Origin: Cladosporium halotolerans | Lineage: Eukaryota | DNA length: 64,000 bases | Assembly (NCBI RefSeq): GCF_011745625.1 | Contig: NW_027191499.1 | Location: 62,001 to 126,000, forward strand | Direction: 5' to 3' | Shown here: positions 13,366 to 25,528 of the stretch, in pieces | Layout: each line of letters opens with the position of its first letter | How positions within the stretch are numbered: the first letter of the stretch is position 1 | The notes under the pieces: model-generated | Seen by the model: the letters and a program-made list of their open reading frames with translations, nothing else | Told to the model about the DNA's origin: nothing | Databases searched by the model: none | Translations under genes and position numbers: made by a program

Positions 13366-14934
13366 CTACAACTCATCTTTCACGCCCTCAGCAGCAGACG
13401 CAGTGGCGCTCGCTGCAGCTTCCTTGAGCTTCTGCGCTTCGGCGAGGAGTTCGTTAGGTCGCAAGTTGCCCGACGCGATGGACTTGAAGGCTAGGTCGAA
13501 GCGCGCGCCGAAGTACCATGCTACACCGAGCTGGGAGTCTCATGTTAGCATACCATGATCGAAGGGGTTAGGGAAGGCGGATGGGTGACTTACCATGACG
13601 GCTGAGACGAGAAGGAGAGATGCGCCAACGGCACCGAAGACAATCAGCATGTCGCGCCTGTTCGCCGCGTCCTCCTGCTTCTTCTTCTCCTGCTCTTCGG
13701 GCGTGAGCACCACGGGCGCCACGACGTCCGCGGGAGGCGGCGAGCCAGCGTCGGGGAGAGTGCGGGCGGTCTGGGTGGGGAAGATGGTCTCGATGAAGCG
13801 CTCGATTTTCCCGCACGCGATGCTGATCTCGAGGAAGTTGGGGTCGGTAGGCTTGTTCTTCGCGTGGATCTTGCGCGCGTATTTCCGGAAGACGTCGCAC
13901 ACGAGCTGCAGGTTCTGCGTGCTTTGCCACATCAGAGAGCAGGCCGCGCCCTTGGTGATCTTGATGTTGCGCTCGAACATCGCGTAGTTCTGGAAGCAGA
14001 GCTCGAGGGTTGCAATGGCCATTGTTTGAGGGATTGCGACGAAGTTGAAGACGGACTGCTCTTTCACGCCCGCCATGTAGAAGAGGCACTCTTCGGCGCG
14101 GCGCAGAGCGAGCAGCACCATCTCGCTCTGGCAGTGCAGGGCTTTCTCCTTGTTCTCCGGCAGGAAGATCTCGGGCAGGCTGTTGACGTACTTGCTCCAG
14201 ACCTCGCGCGGCCAGAAGTAGCGCTTGTCATCGTGGTCCTCCCTGATGTCGCGAATGATGTTCGTCTGCTGCAGGAACTGGCCCATGCTCTCCATCAGCT
14301 CCGGCCTCTTCAGCAGCACCGGGTTGGCCAGGCCGGCCTCGACGAACAGTCGCGTGAGACCCTCGCCCACGAGTCCCGCGACGTAGTGGCAGTACAGCTC
14401 GTAGTCCTTGACGGTGTTGACGCCCTTCTCGTTGTGCTCTGCGTTCTTGGCGTAGTCCGCCATGCCGTTGCCCATGCGCTTGGTAATGTCCTTGATGATC
14501 ACCTTGTAAGGCTCCTTGACGCTCTTGAACTCCCGTCCCACAACGTCGAACTTCACAAGCAGCTCCCTGTCCTTCTCGTCCGGTCCATTGCCATTGAAAT
14601 TCCACGTCTCGTCGTCCAGGTATCCGTCGAACTCCCGCAACATCGGCTCCTTCGTGCTCAGCGGAATGGTCATATCATCCTCGACAGTGTCCAGGCCTCT
14701 AAGGATTAGGTAAAACAGGCACACAGGGACCAGCAGCTCCGGGTGCAGCTCCTGAATGACGGCCGCAAAGGAGCGCGAGGTGAGCTTCAGCAGCCGGAAG
14801 CATTCCTTGAGGTTCTCGGACTCCTTCGACTCGTCGCGCTCGTGCACGGCCTCGTGCCACACAGTCCATTGCACGATGGAGCGCAACTCCTGGATGTGGA
14901 AGAGGTAGTAGGCGACGGAGCGGAGGGATGGCAT
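13366..14934 (-). CDS. ERG9: Squalene synthase (farnesyl-diphosphate farnesyltransferase)
   Basis: [47 protein letters not shown] and a C-terminal TM. Intron 13531-13593; last exon ends EGVKDEL*. Confidence 0.96.
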
Positions 14935-15365
14935 GTTGGCGATGGTGGAGGGGAGTCGGGTGGTGTAGAGTTCGGGGTGAGAGAATATGCGCGGTCCGCG
15001 ACCGTTCCAGTTCGGGAGGTGAGGTCAGGTGGTCGAGCGAGTCGGTGGATCTTCAGACGGTGAAGATTGACTTGTCGCGAGAAAAAGCGGCTCGGTCACG
15101 GCCAAGGGTGGTTGAAGAAAGTCCGGGCGCAGTGGTCGGAGACGCTTGCGGGCCCTGGGAAATTGGCTGCTGCGGTGCGGGGAGAACTCGCGGGCGCTTG
15201 TCAAGGGTTCCACTTTGGAGATGTCTCGTTCCACCTCACTTCATGCCAGATTGAGAACGGATGGAAAGCATTGAGATAGAGGGCTAGGAGACTTGCAAAG
15301 TGCCATCCATTTATTCGAGGTGAGGTCGGAGCGGGATTGGCATCCTCACGCATTCCGAGTCCGGT

Positions 15366-15375
15366 ATCGTACGAT
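15366..15375. promoter_or_regulatory. Sterol regulatory element (SREBP/SrbA-type) upstream of ERG9
   Basis: Perfect palindrome ATCGTACGAT about 430 bp upstream of the ERG9 ATG; fits the fungal SREBP consensus ATCRKRYSAT. Confidence 0.6.
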
Positions 15376-16250
15376 CACGACTTCAGAAATCTCATGATCT
15401 TCGCATTTGCAGTCGCGAGACGAATGATACGTACCTCATTGCTCTTCGGGTTTGGATTTCGCATTCTTCTACTTCAATACCGAATATGGGCGTGCTATCG
15501 TCGTCCGACACCGCCCTCGCCTCCAAGATCTAGATGCGTGCCCCTCCAATTTACGAGCCGTATATGGGTTTGCACAAAACGATTATGCCTATCCTGCAGC
15601 AAGCATGCAAGCTTCCACGTGCAAAGCATGCTGTCAGCCCACAGCTGCAGATCAGCCTCGGGCATGGAGCTAAGGCACGCCCCGGCTGCCTTCGATTCTG
15701 CAGCTGCATGATCGGACGCCCGCATTCTGGCGCTTAGAAACGACGAGGCTGGCAGCTCGGTTGGATATAGCTTCGTGCGCCTGAGTGTAGATAGGGTCGC
15801 CGGTGCGGAGGTTGGTTTCCCCTTTGCGCGGCAGGCAACTCACTGTTGTCGCTAAGCAAGCCTATTGGTGCCTCCACTTGGACGAGGCTGACACCTCGAC
15901 GCCCTGAACTTGTTGGTTTGCATGTGGTGAAAGTGTGATCGGCGTCTCTTTGGGCGGCTGTCAGGCCATACTTCCGTTCGATGGCAGGTTCACACGTTTC
16001 GTGGGGCGGCGGGGAGGTTGCCTTCCTGTTGCATTTCGCCAGAGTTTGTGATGGTTTCTACCAACACATGAGAGATGGCTGTAAAGTGCGGCGTGCGGCG
16101 TCAAGGAGAATGTTTGAAGCCAATGAGTACATATAAATACAAGCCAGAGCGGAACATCGTCTAGCTACAGTTCTGTGGCCAGCATTCTCCTCCTCCTATA
16201 CTCCAAAGCACAAGCTGAACCACCAAACACCCGCCATTGCTCGAGGCATC

Positions 16251-16943
16251 ATGGCACTCGTACCCTACTCCCATGCTCCTCCAACCACCCACCAAACTCC
16301 ATATCATCCCGCCAGCGGCAGCTATCATGCAAGTTCCTATTACTCGCCCAGACACCAGCAACCCTCGACCTTCACCTCAGAGAGCTCTTTCGGCCGCCAC
16401 TCATCGTTATCAAGCAACACCAGCTGCTATAGCAGCGGAAGCTCGCACACTTCGATCTCCGTGAAGACTTTCGGCTCGCGAGACCACCCGGATTACGCAC
16501 CGGGCCAGGCCCCAAGAGCTTATTTCTATAATGCTGAGATCCGAGAGCAGTGGGATTGTGCGCCTCGGGGACCGGGCGGGAGGAAGGTGAAGAGTAGTCG
16601 TGGGGAGAGCCGCGGCAGGACTAGAGGGCGTGATGATGAGTGGTCTGGATCAGACAAGGGTTCGCGGCATTCGAGGCACGATAGCTGGTGGGACGACAAC
16701 ACCGTTTCGCCGGCAGATTCGATTTCGCAGGTCTCGTCTAGGCCGTCGAGGGTTTCGCAGGGCAGGTCTCGGACGTCAGGGAAAAGAATAGAGTACCATT
16801 ATTCTGAGTCGGGGGTTTCACAGCAGCTGGAAGGGAAACTTAGTAGCGGCCGGAGTAGGTCGTCTAAGTCGGGTACTAGGGTCCGGGACGGGAGAGTGCA
16901 TGTCGCCAACGATAAGTTCGTGATGGAGCGGATACCGGAGTAG
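16251..16943 (+). CDS. Hypothetical Ser/Arg-rich protein, 230 aa
   Basis: Intronless ORF with TATAAA at 16132 and CATCATGG start context. Low complexity, no domain recognised. Confidence 0.6.
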   Translation: MALVPYSHAPPTTHQTPYHPASGSYHASSYYSPRHQQPSTFTSESSFGRHSSLSSNTSCYSSGSSHTSISVKTFGSRDHPDYAPGQAPRAYFYNAEIREQWDCAPRGPGGRKVKSSRGESRGRTRGRDDEWSGSDKGSRHSRHDSWWDDNTVSPADSISQVSSRPSRVSQGRSRTSGKRIEYHYSESGVSQQLEGKLSSGRSRSSKSGTRVRDGRVHVANDKFVMERIPE

Positions 16944-17053
16944 GCAGCACATCCGCTTCTGTTGTGAATTCTCCGGGTTGTATAGGTAGTGACTTCATGC
17001 AGCATCTTCCAACTCGAAGTTTCTCTCAGAGTGCAGAATGACTGAATAGTCCC

Positions 17054-17491
17054 TCAGGTAGCCGCGGTCGTGGGAGTTCGAGGGGTCGCCGCGACAGCGG
17101 GAGTCCGAGGAGGATGATCGGCCATCTTTTCTCTGAAAGCTGGAGGGTTGTCAGTGGGATGAGGAGATCGCATGGCGTGGTGAGGAACTCACGTTGTCTA
17201 CACATAGGACATTTACCCTGACTCGCGTCTGAGGATATCCAGTCACTGATGCAGTGCTGAGAAGATGTTAGCTCTGAAAACCGCACCCTCGTCCCAAGAT
17301 TCAACACGAACCATGTGAAAGCAATGTCTGCACTCGCCTACTATGATGGGACAGTCATCGCCAGGGAATTTGCATTTGCTGCAGGTCCCTTCGAAGTTGA
17401 CACGACAGATACCGCAGGTATCATCGGACTCTTCGGGTAGATCCCACTTCCAAGTGGCGACAGCCTTGAAGGAGTTGATGGTGACTTTCAT
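17054..17491 (-). CDS. APC11: Anaphase-promoting complex RING-H2 subunit, 109 aa
   Basis: MKVTINSFKAVATWKWD..CGICRVNFEGTCSKCKFPGDDCP..CRHCFHM|HCISDWI..CPMCRQ. Introns 17257-17311 and 17140-17192 give an intact frame. Confidence 0.95.
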
Positions 17492-18072
17492 GTCGATGCA
17501 CCAAGTGGTTCTGAGAAGGACTATCGTATCCTCAGAGCGGAAGTCGTAGACGTTACGTGGTGTCTTCGTTCTGATCGTCGTAAACACTCGGCCAAACATG
17601 GCAAGGCCTGACGAGCAAGGGTCAATGTGCGGAACGAGCCTCCCGTGTGCGGGGCGGGACGGAGACGAAAAGCGGGGAACATCGCGCCAGACAGCGGGCG
17701 AGTGACGTGCGGGCAGGGCGCGAGCTGTGGGAGCTGCGCGCCAAAAGTGGCCGATCACGAAAAAGAAGCCACAAGAGATAAGGTAGCAAGGCGCTGATCC
17801 CGTGACGCGCCCGCAGCTACCACGGCCACAAGTATCCCACAGCTCTCCGAAGCTCCCCTCTCCTTTCTCTCACCACACTTCTCCCCCTTCGTCCGCGACT
17901 CTCCCACATCAATTGACGCGAACGCAAGGGAAACACGCGCAGAGCAATTGCCGACGAGCTCAGCTATCACCACACCCGCGCCCGCACCAAACTCCAAGCT
18001 AGCGCAAACTCCACTCCCTCACCTCACTCACACCTCAATCACATACCCTCAACAAACCCTCCTCCGCCCACA

Positions 18073-19095
18073 ATGGCGACCACCATCCTCCTCCGCCGCC
18101 CTGCCCTCTCTTTCGCGATCTCCGCCAAACACTCCGCCTTCACCCCATTCACCATGTCGCGCGCCCAGAGCACGTTCAATTCCTACCTGGTCAGCCCGAC
18201 GGAGCTGGCCGGAGCCCTACGCCACAACTCCCCCTCCAAGCTCTCCACCTCGCCCAAGACCGTCCCGATCTGCGGCTCCTGGTTCCTGCCCAACGACCCC
18301 GAGAAGCGCACCGGCCAGCAGGTCTTCATGGATGGCCACATTCCTTCCGCCCGCTTCTTCGACCTCGACAAGGTCGCCGACACCTCTTCTCCATACCCGC
18401 ACATGCTGCCCTCGCCAGAGGTCTTCCAGGATGCCATGAGCGAGCTCGGCGTCAATAGGGATGACGTCCTCGTCGTTTATGACTCCGCTGAGCTGGGCAT
18501 CTTCTCCGCCCCTCGCGTCGCCTGGACCCTCCGCGTCTTCGGCCACTTCTCCGTTCACCTCCTCAACAACTACAAACTCTGGGTCGAGCAGGGTCACCCC
18601 GTCGAGCAGGGCGAACAGGCGCAGTATCAGCGCACTCCGTACCCGCTTCCCAAGCTTGACCATAGTAAGGTGGTCGACTTCAAGGAAGTGAAAGAGCTCG
18701 CGAAGGATTGGAACAAGGAAGGCCGCGACGAGGTGCAGATCCTCGACGCGCGCTCCGAAGGCAGGTGGAAGGGCGTCGACCCGGAGCCCAGACCTGGCTT
18801 GTCCAGCGGCCACATCCCGGGCTCCTTCTCCGTCCCTGTCCCGGAGCTTCTCGACCCGCAGACGAAGACTTTCCTTTCGCCGGAGAAGCTGAGAGAGGTC
18901 TTTCAGAAGCGCGGTATTGATCCTAACAAGCCTGTCATCTCCAGCTGCGGCACGGGCGTGACGGCCACGATTATTGACGCCGCGCTGACTGAGGCTGGGT
19001 ATGGAGATGGCAGCAGGCGCGTTTACGATGGTAGCTGGACCGAGTGGGCGCAGAGAGTCAAGCCAACGGACAGCTTGATCCACAAGAGCGAGTAA
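18073..19095 (+). CDS. TUM1: Tandem-rhodanese 3-mercaptopyruvate/thiosulfate sulfurtransferase
   Basis: HIPSARFFDLD, PHMLPS, PEPRPGLSSGHIPGS, active-site loop CGTGVT and VYDGSWTEW. Confidence 0.92.
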   Translation: MATTILLRRPALSFAISAKHSAFTPFTMSRAQSTFNSYLVSPTELAGALRHNSPSKLSTSPKTVPICGSWFLPNDPEKRTGQQVFMDGHIPSARFFDLDKVADTSSPYPHMLPSPEVFQDAMSELGVNRDDVLVVYDSAELGIFSAPRVAWTLRVFGHFSVHLLNNYKLWVEQGHPVEQGEQAQYQRTPYPLPKLDHSKVVDFKEVKELAKDWNKEGRDEVQILDARSEGRWKGVDPEPRPGLSSGHIPGSFSVPVPELLDPQTKTFLSPEKLREVFQKRGIDPNKPVISSCGTGVTATIIDAALTEAGYGDGSRRVYDGSWTEWAQRVKPTDSLIHKSE

Positions 19096-20031
19096 AGGAG
19101 GTCATCGCCACATGACCATTCCGTGTTGTATGAATATGTTTTGGAGAGAGTGCGACATGCCACCGCACCGAGAGAAAAGAAGGCTTCGAGAAAGTGAAGA
19201 CGAAGACGGCATGAGCGTGGAGTTACGAGATACCCTTCGAGTTTCGGTTGCTTGTCTTGAGATCAATCCCATTAACGTCTCTTATCATGCGTCTCTTTCT
19301 TGGTATTGCTACTTCTGCGAGCGTGTCTCTTGCTAACTTGTGACACCAGAGTTTCTGACCATGAGCAGATCCGATTTTCTCTTCATTATTCACACGGCTC
19401 TGAGCCATTGACGTCCGTCTCTATGCTTGTCTTTTCCTGTCTGGATATTCGCGCGATGTACATACGGCCGCATCAGAGATTGTGAAACCAATTTAGAAAG
19501 GTTTCACAAGCAGCTTCCACATACTTTGTGAACGAAAAGAGTGCTAAAGCTAAAGATTTGTGAGAGAATGACATAGGTTTCAGTTCAGGATGGCCGCCCT
19601 CCTGTTGCGCGAACAAACTCCATGGGATCACATGGGATACGAAGTTGGGAATGATGAGACTACTGCGGCCGCAGACGGTATACGACAACCCATCAGCCAC
19701 ACCATCCGGGATTGTAATAAAATCACCAGAACCTCCGATCGACGCCACCTTTCAAGCTAAGGGGGCATCATCGGAGCGGAGCAACTTTGACAACCTTGCC
19801 AGAGACAAGCATCGCTTAGCTTCCATTCCTGCACCAGCGCTAACCTCTTCGGCGTATTTCTGCGAGCTTCAGCCCTGGACGCTAGCCACCCTTTCGTATC
19901 TGGCGCTCTATCAATACATTTGTGCCTTAGCCGCTGACGACAAGATACAGGTATGTAGAAGTACATAAGAGTGAAGCCCTTCTCGAATCCAAGATAACAC
20001 CATCGTCCACCACCTCTCCAACTTCACAGTC

Positions 20032-21090
20032 ATGACCAGCTCATCCCTCCCCTCGACCATGCGCAAATGGAGCTACACCTCCGCCATTCCATCCCTCGAA
20101 CGTAACCTCAATCTCTCGACCACGTCTCCCCTCCCCATCCCAAAACCTACCGAACACCTCCTTCGAGTCCTCGCTGTAGCCCTCAACCCTGTAGACTACA
20201 AGCCCGCTGAAGCACCCCTACTTGGCCGCCTACTCACTCGACTCAACGGCCCAACAACTCCCGGCTTCGACGTCGCCGGCAGCATCATCGCTCCAGCGTC
20301 CGGCTCAGACCTCAAAACTGGCACGCTGGTCTACGGTGCAGCAAGCTCCAACCCTCTCGCCGGCGGCGGCCTGGCAGACTACATCGCTGTCCCTGCCACC
20401 ACTGTGGCTACCATCCCACCGAGCCTCTCACCAACCCTTGCAGCCGGCTTCCCAGTCGCGGCCCTTACGGCCTATGCTTCTCTAGCGCCATACATCAAGC
20501 CCGGCCACTACGTCTTCCTCAACGGCGGCAGCGGCGGCGTCGGCACCTTCGGCATCCAGATCGCGAAGGTGCTCGGCGCGCACGTCACCGTCTCCTGCTC
20601 GGGCGCAAACGCACAGCTTTGCAGAGATCTCGGAGCCGACGACGTGCTGGATTACGCGGCCCGCCCGCTCTTGCATCAATTACAGGAAGCGGTGGAGAAG
20701 AATGACAGGTTGTTCGATCATGTCGTCGATAACGTGTTTAGCGATCCGGAACTGTACTTCAAAGCGCTTACGTATACTTCTGCGGACGCGAGGTTCGTCG
20801 AGGTCGCGAGCGGGCCTTCGTTGGCGTTTCTGCGGTTTGCGCTTGGTGCGTTCCTTGTGCCGGGGTTTCTGGGCGGGGGTAAGAGGAAGTTCGTGCTCGG
20901 GATGGGAGATGTGAGGGGTGAGAAGCTGGAGGAGTTGAGGGGTTGGATTGAGGAGGGGAGGGTGAGAACGGTGGTCGATGGGGTATGGCCGATGGAGAAG
21001 GTCGCGGAGGCGTTTGGGAGGTTGAAGACTGGTCGGGCGAGGGGGAAAGTTCTTGTTGATGTTGCTGGAGAAAATGAGGGTAAAGCATGA
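20032..21090 (+). CDS. MDR-superfamily NADPH quinone/enoyl reductase-like protein
   Basis: ALNPVDYK, PGFDVAG, NGGSGGVGTFGIQIAK and GRARGKVLV. No catalytic-zinc GHE motif. Confidence 0.88.
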   Translation: MTSSSLPSTMRKWSYTSAIPSLERNLNLSTTSPLPIPKPTEHLLRVLAVALNPVDYKPAEAPLLGRLLTRLNGPTTPGFDVAGSIIAPASGSDLKTGTLVYGAASSNPLAGGGLADYIAVPATTVATIPPSLSPTLAAGFPVAALTAYASLAPYIKPGHYVFLNGGSGGVGTFGIQIAKVLGAHVTVSCSGANAQLCRDLGADDVLDYAARPLLHQLQEAVEKNDRLFDHVVDNVFSDPELYFKALTYTSADARFVEVASGPSLAFLRFALGAFLVPGFLGGGKRKFVLGMGDVRGEKLEELRGWIEEGRVRTVVDGVWPMEKVAEAFGRLKTGRARGKVLVDVAGENEGKA

Positions 21091-21309
21091 GAATGGTAAG
21101 CAGAACAAAGTGTGATGATTCCGTGACTTACGCAAAATGGTCATCATTACAATCATCCTGGGATAGATGACAGACGAGTTAGAGGCTGGTCAAATTGCCA
21201 GTCCTCTTTGCGGCATTGTGGTCCCTTAATGAGTATCGACAATTAGAGAATGTGTGATAGATGCACAGGTGAATGTCAATCCTTCAACGCCCCTTTCCAA
21301 CAAAGAGAC

Positions 21310-23622
21310 TCAGTAGTTCGCATTGATCGATCCGTACTGCCTGCCACGGCAGTTCAGAGTGAATTTCATGGGCCCACTTTGAATAATGATGAGAATTTTG
21401 AAGTCAAGCCTCCACCATTTGATCAGTCTGCCAGATGCATCCAACCTCGACTTTCGCTCGAAGAATTCTTTGGGCACTTTAGACAAAAGTGGCCATAGCA
21501 CACAATTTGTGCTCATTCTTCGATCGGGATGGCGCTGCGCAATTCGTTGGACGCTTTCCCAAAGCCTGATTGGGTTCTCATCTAACACGTCGTCCGAGGG
21601 ATTTTCAGGAAAATTCATGAACCAGTCGAATGCGATTGGTCTCGCCCGATCGAGCTCTTGGCCGCGGTAGATGTACCACGTCATTTTCTTGATTTGTCTG
21701 CGGCCGGTGTGCGGATCGATTGTTGTTGGTCTCCCGGCGTCTTTGATCGGATCGATGTCGAATTCTACTCCAGACACGCCGTAATGCTTGGGAGCAACAT
21801 TTGCTGCAACGGAGGTTTGTTGGGGGAGACCAGACACAGTTGCACCGCGGGCTATTGCCGACCATCTATTAACAAATTTGATTAGTTCAAACTCCGAACA
21901 TTACAAGGATGAAAGGGTTTTTCACGCGTTGGTTGGCCTTATGACCAGGATTCCCGGATTTTGCCGTTCAATCTCTTGCTTCAGGTACTCGCTTGCACCG
22001 AATCCTCCAACGAGGAAGATGGCCTATGAACCTTGTTAGCATCATCAGCAGGGGAAATCCCGCAACTTCACAACCTTGATTTGAAATGCATTATGACACT
22101 TCTTCCTTTGACGTATGATCCGCGCTGCATTCACCTGCGTAGCCACAAGTTTTGCAACATCGTTGGCGACAGGGTAGAAGAACCTGTTGAGTGTGTCCCT
22201 TGACCTCATTTTAGTAGACGACCTTTTCAAGAGGATCTAAGTTCTTTGAACCCTACGCTTACCATGTGATTTTCAATGTGTCGCGTTCTAGGCCCTTGTC
22301 GCGGTTGTCTTTGAGCCTCGCCCGTGGGAAGTTCAAAGTGCGGGCCCGTCTTTCTCCGGTGCAAAATGCTGGCTTGATCAAGTCATTGAACGCCGTCATG
22401 CCTGCTCTGAATGATTGTGTTCTCGAAAACGTGGTGAACTGTTCCTCGCCAATGACTCCCTGCAGATGCTTCTCGAAGCGATCGTTGATCAATTTGGAGC
22501 CGAATATGCCTCCTGTACTTTAGCAATTAGTCTTGTCTCAACGGCGGCATGGTACCTCCAGTGTACACAGTGAGCCAGAATCGTAAAACTATAGGCCGTG
22601 ATTATGAGTGATCAGGAATGTGGTCAAGACTTACCTTGAGCTTGTACAAGCTCCTTTAGTTTGAGTGGTCTCGGACCAAACAACTCGTATGTGATCAGAT
22701 CTACTGTTCCCCCTCCAGCGTCACAAACGACGACTGCATCGCCTGCAGAAAGCCATGTCTCGGCTAGTCCGGTTGTGGTCCACAGGGCAGCGGCTTCCGG
22801 CTCTTTCACGAGCTTGGCTGGCCGGATGTTGGCTCTGCGTGCCGCCTGTGAATTGCATCAGTATATCTTCATTGAGGATCATCTTGTGCGACGATGGATA
22901 CTTTCAGAGTCTTGATCTTTGCCCTATCTGACCATACCGCTGGTACTGTCAAGAAGAATCGCTTCTGCACGTGATTGAGAAACCCTGGCGGGTACTTAGA
23001 AGCAATTACTTTGAGGGCGTGGTTCCATAAAAGGCGCAGATAATCGGCCACCACATCCACAACGGACTTGGGAAGCCTTCTGATGGCCCTCTGGGCATCT
23101 CGGGCGGGCGCGTAGTCGGGTCGTATTTGCTCAGGATCTAGAAGAAGCTTAAACGCCTCTATGCGACCTTGGTCGTGGTCACTCACTGCGAATCCCCATT
23201 TGATCTTGTTTGTCGATCCGTATGACAGCACAGTTGGGCATTTCTCGTAGGCCTTTCCGGCGGCGTGTGGCCAGTCTTCGACGTTGAATATCTCTTTGGG
23301 GTTCGACGCGAAGGCATAGGCGACGCCGCTGTACGTCGTGCCCAGATCCTACACAGAGTTAATTGCAGATCGACAAGTTGGAGGATACGTCGTAACATAC
23401 AATGCCAATGATCAAAGTAGGCTTTGTTGCATCGTAGAGCTCATAGTCGTGAAGATCATCAACAACAGCACTTTCGGTACTGTCGTCGCTGCACTCGCTG
23501 TCCTCGCTTTCGTCACTCTCTTCGCTGACGTCGCTGTCTTCGCTGTCATCGTCTTGGGCGCGTTGTATCCGATCAGCGAACGATTCATCGCTGCAATCAC
23601 TTCTTGAGTCGGTATCTGCCAT
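21310..23622 (-). CDS. Atypical Hsp70 (HSPA12-like actin-fold ATPase), multi-exon, acidic N-terminus
   Basis: IIGI|DLGTTYSG, LTVPAVWSD, EPEAAA, VCDAGGGTVD and IFLVGGFGASEYL spread over exons. No EEVD tail; ends INANY*. Confidence 0.88.
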
Positions 23623-24557
23623 GTTCGGTCGTCTTTGCGATTCACTGCGTAGAACGATTTTTAAATTCACGCACGAAGAAACAGCCAATAAGGACGAGTT
23701 CACAGGTTGCCGCGAGGGTCAACGAAACGGTTGCGTAGCAGAACGAACACCAGACTTGAATCCGTCTGACACGAATATTGGGAGATGAAAATTACGGCTG
23801 ATGCTTACTTCGAGACCTTTTCTCCTATGAATCTGGGATCCTTGCTTATTCCTTGTACTCTTGTCTCGCGAACGCCTTGGGAACCTACTGGTGCAACCCC
23901 AATGACTTGCTACATGAACTCGACCGGTGAGCCTGGAAGCGAACAGGTCGCTAGACGCGAGTAAGAATGAGGCCACCTATAGGAAGCTGTGTATCTTGAA
24001 GTGGTATCATGGGTGCCGACTACACAGGACCCCGCCCGAACCTGTTTGCATTTCTGTATCGAGTGATGCCCAAGAGCGAAAATGGTGTCGTACTATGAGA
24101 TTTAGGCACTCGTCCACGTGGTACACACACCTGAACCTGCTTGATGATGTGTCCGACTGTTATTGGTGGGCGCTCGAAAGACATTGCTTCAGCTCAAAGG
24201 CGCCACGTGAGGCCTGATTCGCCGCCTTGTTCACCGGGCTTGATCCATACCACCACGCTTGTCTGACCACCCTTGCATGCGAAATCATACATTCGGCTGC
24301 ATGACCAATAACACAGCATCCCAATTGCATGCGTCATGCGCGACTGACGGTGACGACAATCGTTCACATTCTTGTCAATTTCCCAGTTATATGTCTCAAG
24401 AGGCAGATAGCTGCTTCAGCTCTCGGCTCCAGCTTGTTTCAGATCACGCGCCATTCTTGCAGACTGGGGGTCCATCCGCGACGAAGCCTATGCGAAAAAC
24501 TATTAAGGCAAGCACTGGCATCTCACTCGAAACCAGAGGCAGCAAAAAGCTCATGAG

Positions 24558-25528
24558 ATGGCTCTGCAATTATCAAAAACTTGGAGCAAGCGCGATGCGC
24601 CACAAGCAACTGATCAAGAATCCGAATCGGAATCTGACAGCGACGAGGAGAGCTCAGTGCAAAGCAGGCCGCAGAAATCCCGTACTGCCTCAAAGGCGCT
24701 CAGCCGCACAAGCAAGCGACCTGGTCGAAACGAAGACAAAGCCACGATCCAAAGCCTGACGAGCATGGTTCTCCAAGCCAGGCCTCCGGAAGACCCGCAC
24801 TCGCCGGCTCGAGTCGCAAAAGAATTCACAAAGCTGCGACACTTAATCCGTGAGGTTACAAGCTCTTGTCTTGGTTCTACTTCTGAGGATCAGGATGACA
24901 CTGACAGCGTCGTGGCTCGTGTCATCGCACTTTGGCTCCATGAAAATGTCGTGGTTGGACCAGGTCCACTGTTCAAGCCGCGATTCGGCTTGCCGGAGTA
25001 TTTGGAGGCTCCGTTACGGTCTTTGGAAGAAGAATTTGCATCAAGCGAAAGAGGTATATCGACCTCATCGTAACTCGTATAGACCGTGTACTGACAGTGA
25101 TAGTCGACCAGGAAGCATTGCGGAATTGGACATTGCAGACATTTAGAGTCATGCGAGGCCACCGAGAAAACCTTTTCCTCGAGGATGAGCTGCCCAAGTT
25201 GTCCAAACATCTCTCAAGAGCGATCAAGAAGAAACTGGCCGCACCATATTTCTGGAAGCTTGACGCAGACCAGGGATCTTTGATAGCTGTTTTAGAGCAA
25301 GCTGCCCGTCTAGCCATTGTGTTGAGATCTTGCCGGGTCAAGTACCAGTGGGACCAGCGGGCACCCCGTAGAGGCGTTCATGCCAGTGACTGTGAGGAAC
25401 TCGAGCCGTATGATTCAGACTTGTCTGATCCTATCCTGGAGTTTGCGCCGGTCTACAAGTTGGAAAATGAGGCCAGGAGCCTCCTGACAAAGGGGTATAT
25501 TGTGGTTCCTGATAATGATGATGATTGA
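24558..25528 (+). CDS. Hypothetical protein divergent from the Hsp70-like gene
   Basis: Two ORFs joined in frame by an intron 25054-~25103 (GTATAT..CTGAC..AG). Acidic N-terminus, helical core, C-terminal FAPVYK..LLTKGYIVV. Confidence 0.7.

Noticed and set aside
13864..14709. 281-aa plus-strand ORF
   Set aside because: Antisense shadow of ERG9.
17805..17939. Three ACGCG (MCB-like) cores between APC11 and TUM1
   Set aside because: 5-mers in a GC-rich promoter; no full ACGCGT; cannot be separated from chance.
18217..19083. 288-aa minus-strand ORF
   Set aside because: Antisense shadow of the sulfurtransferase.
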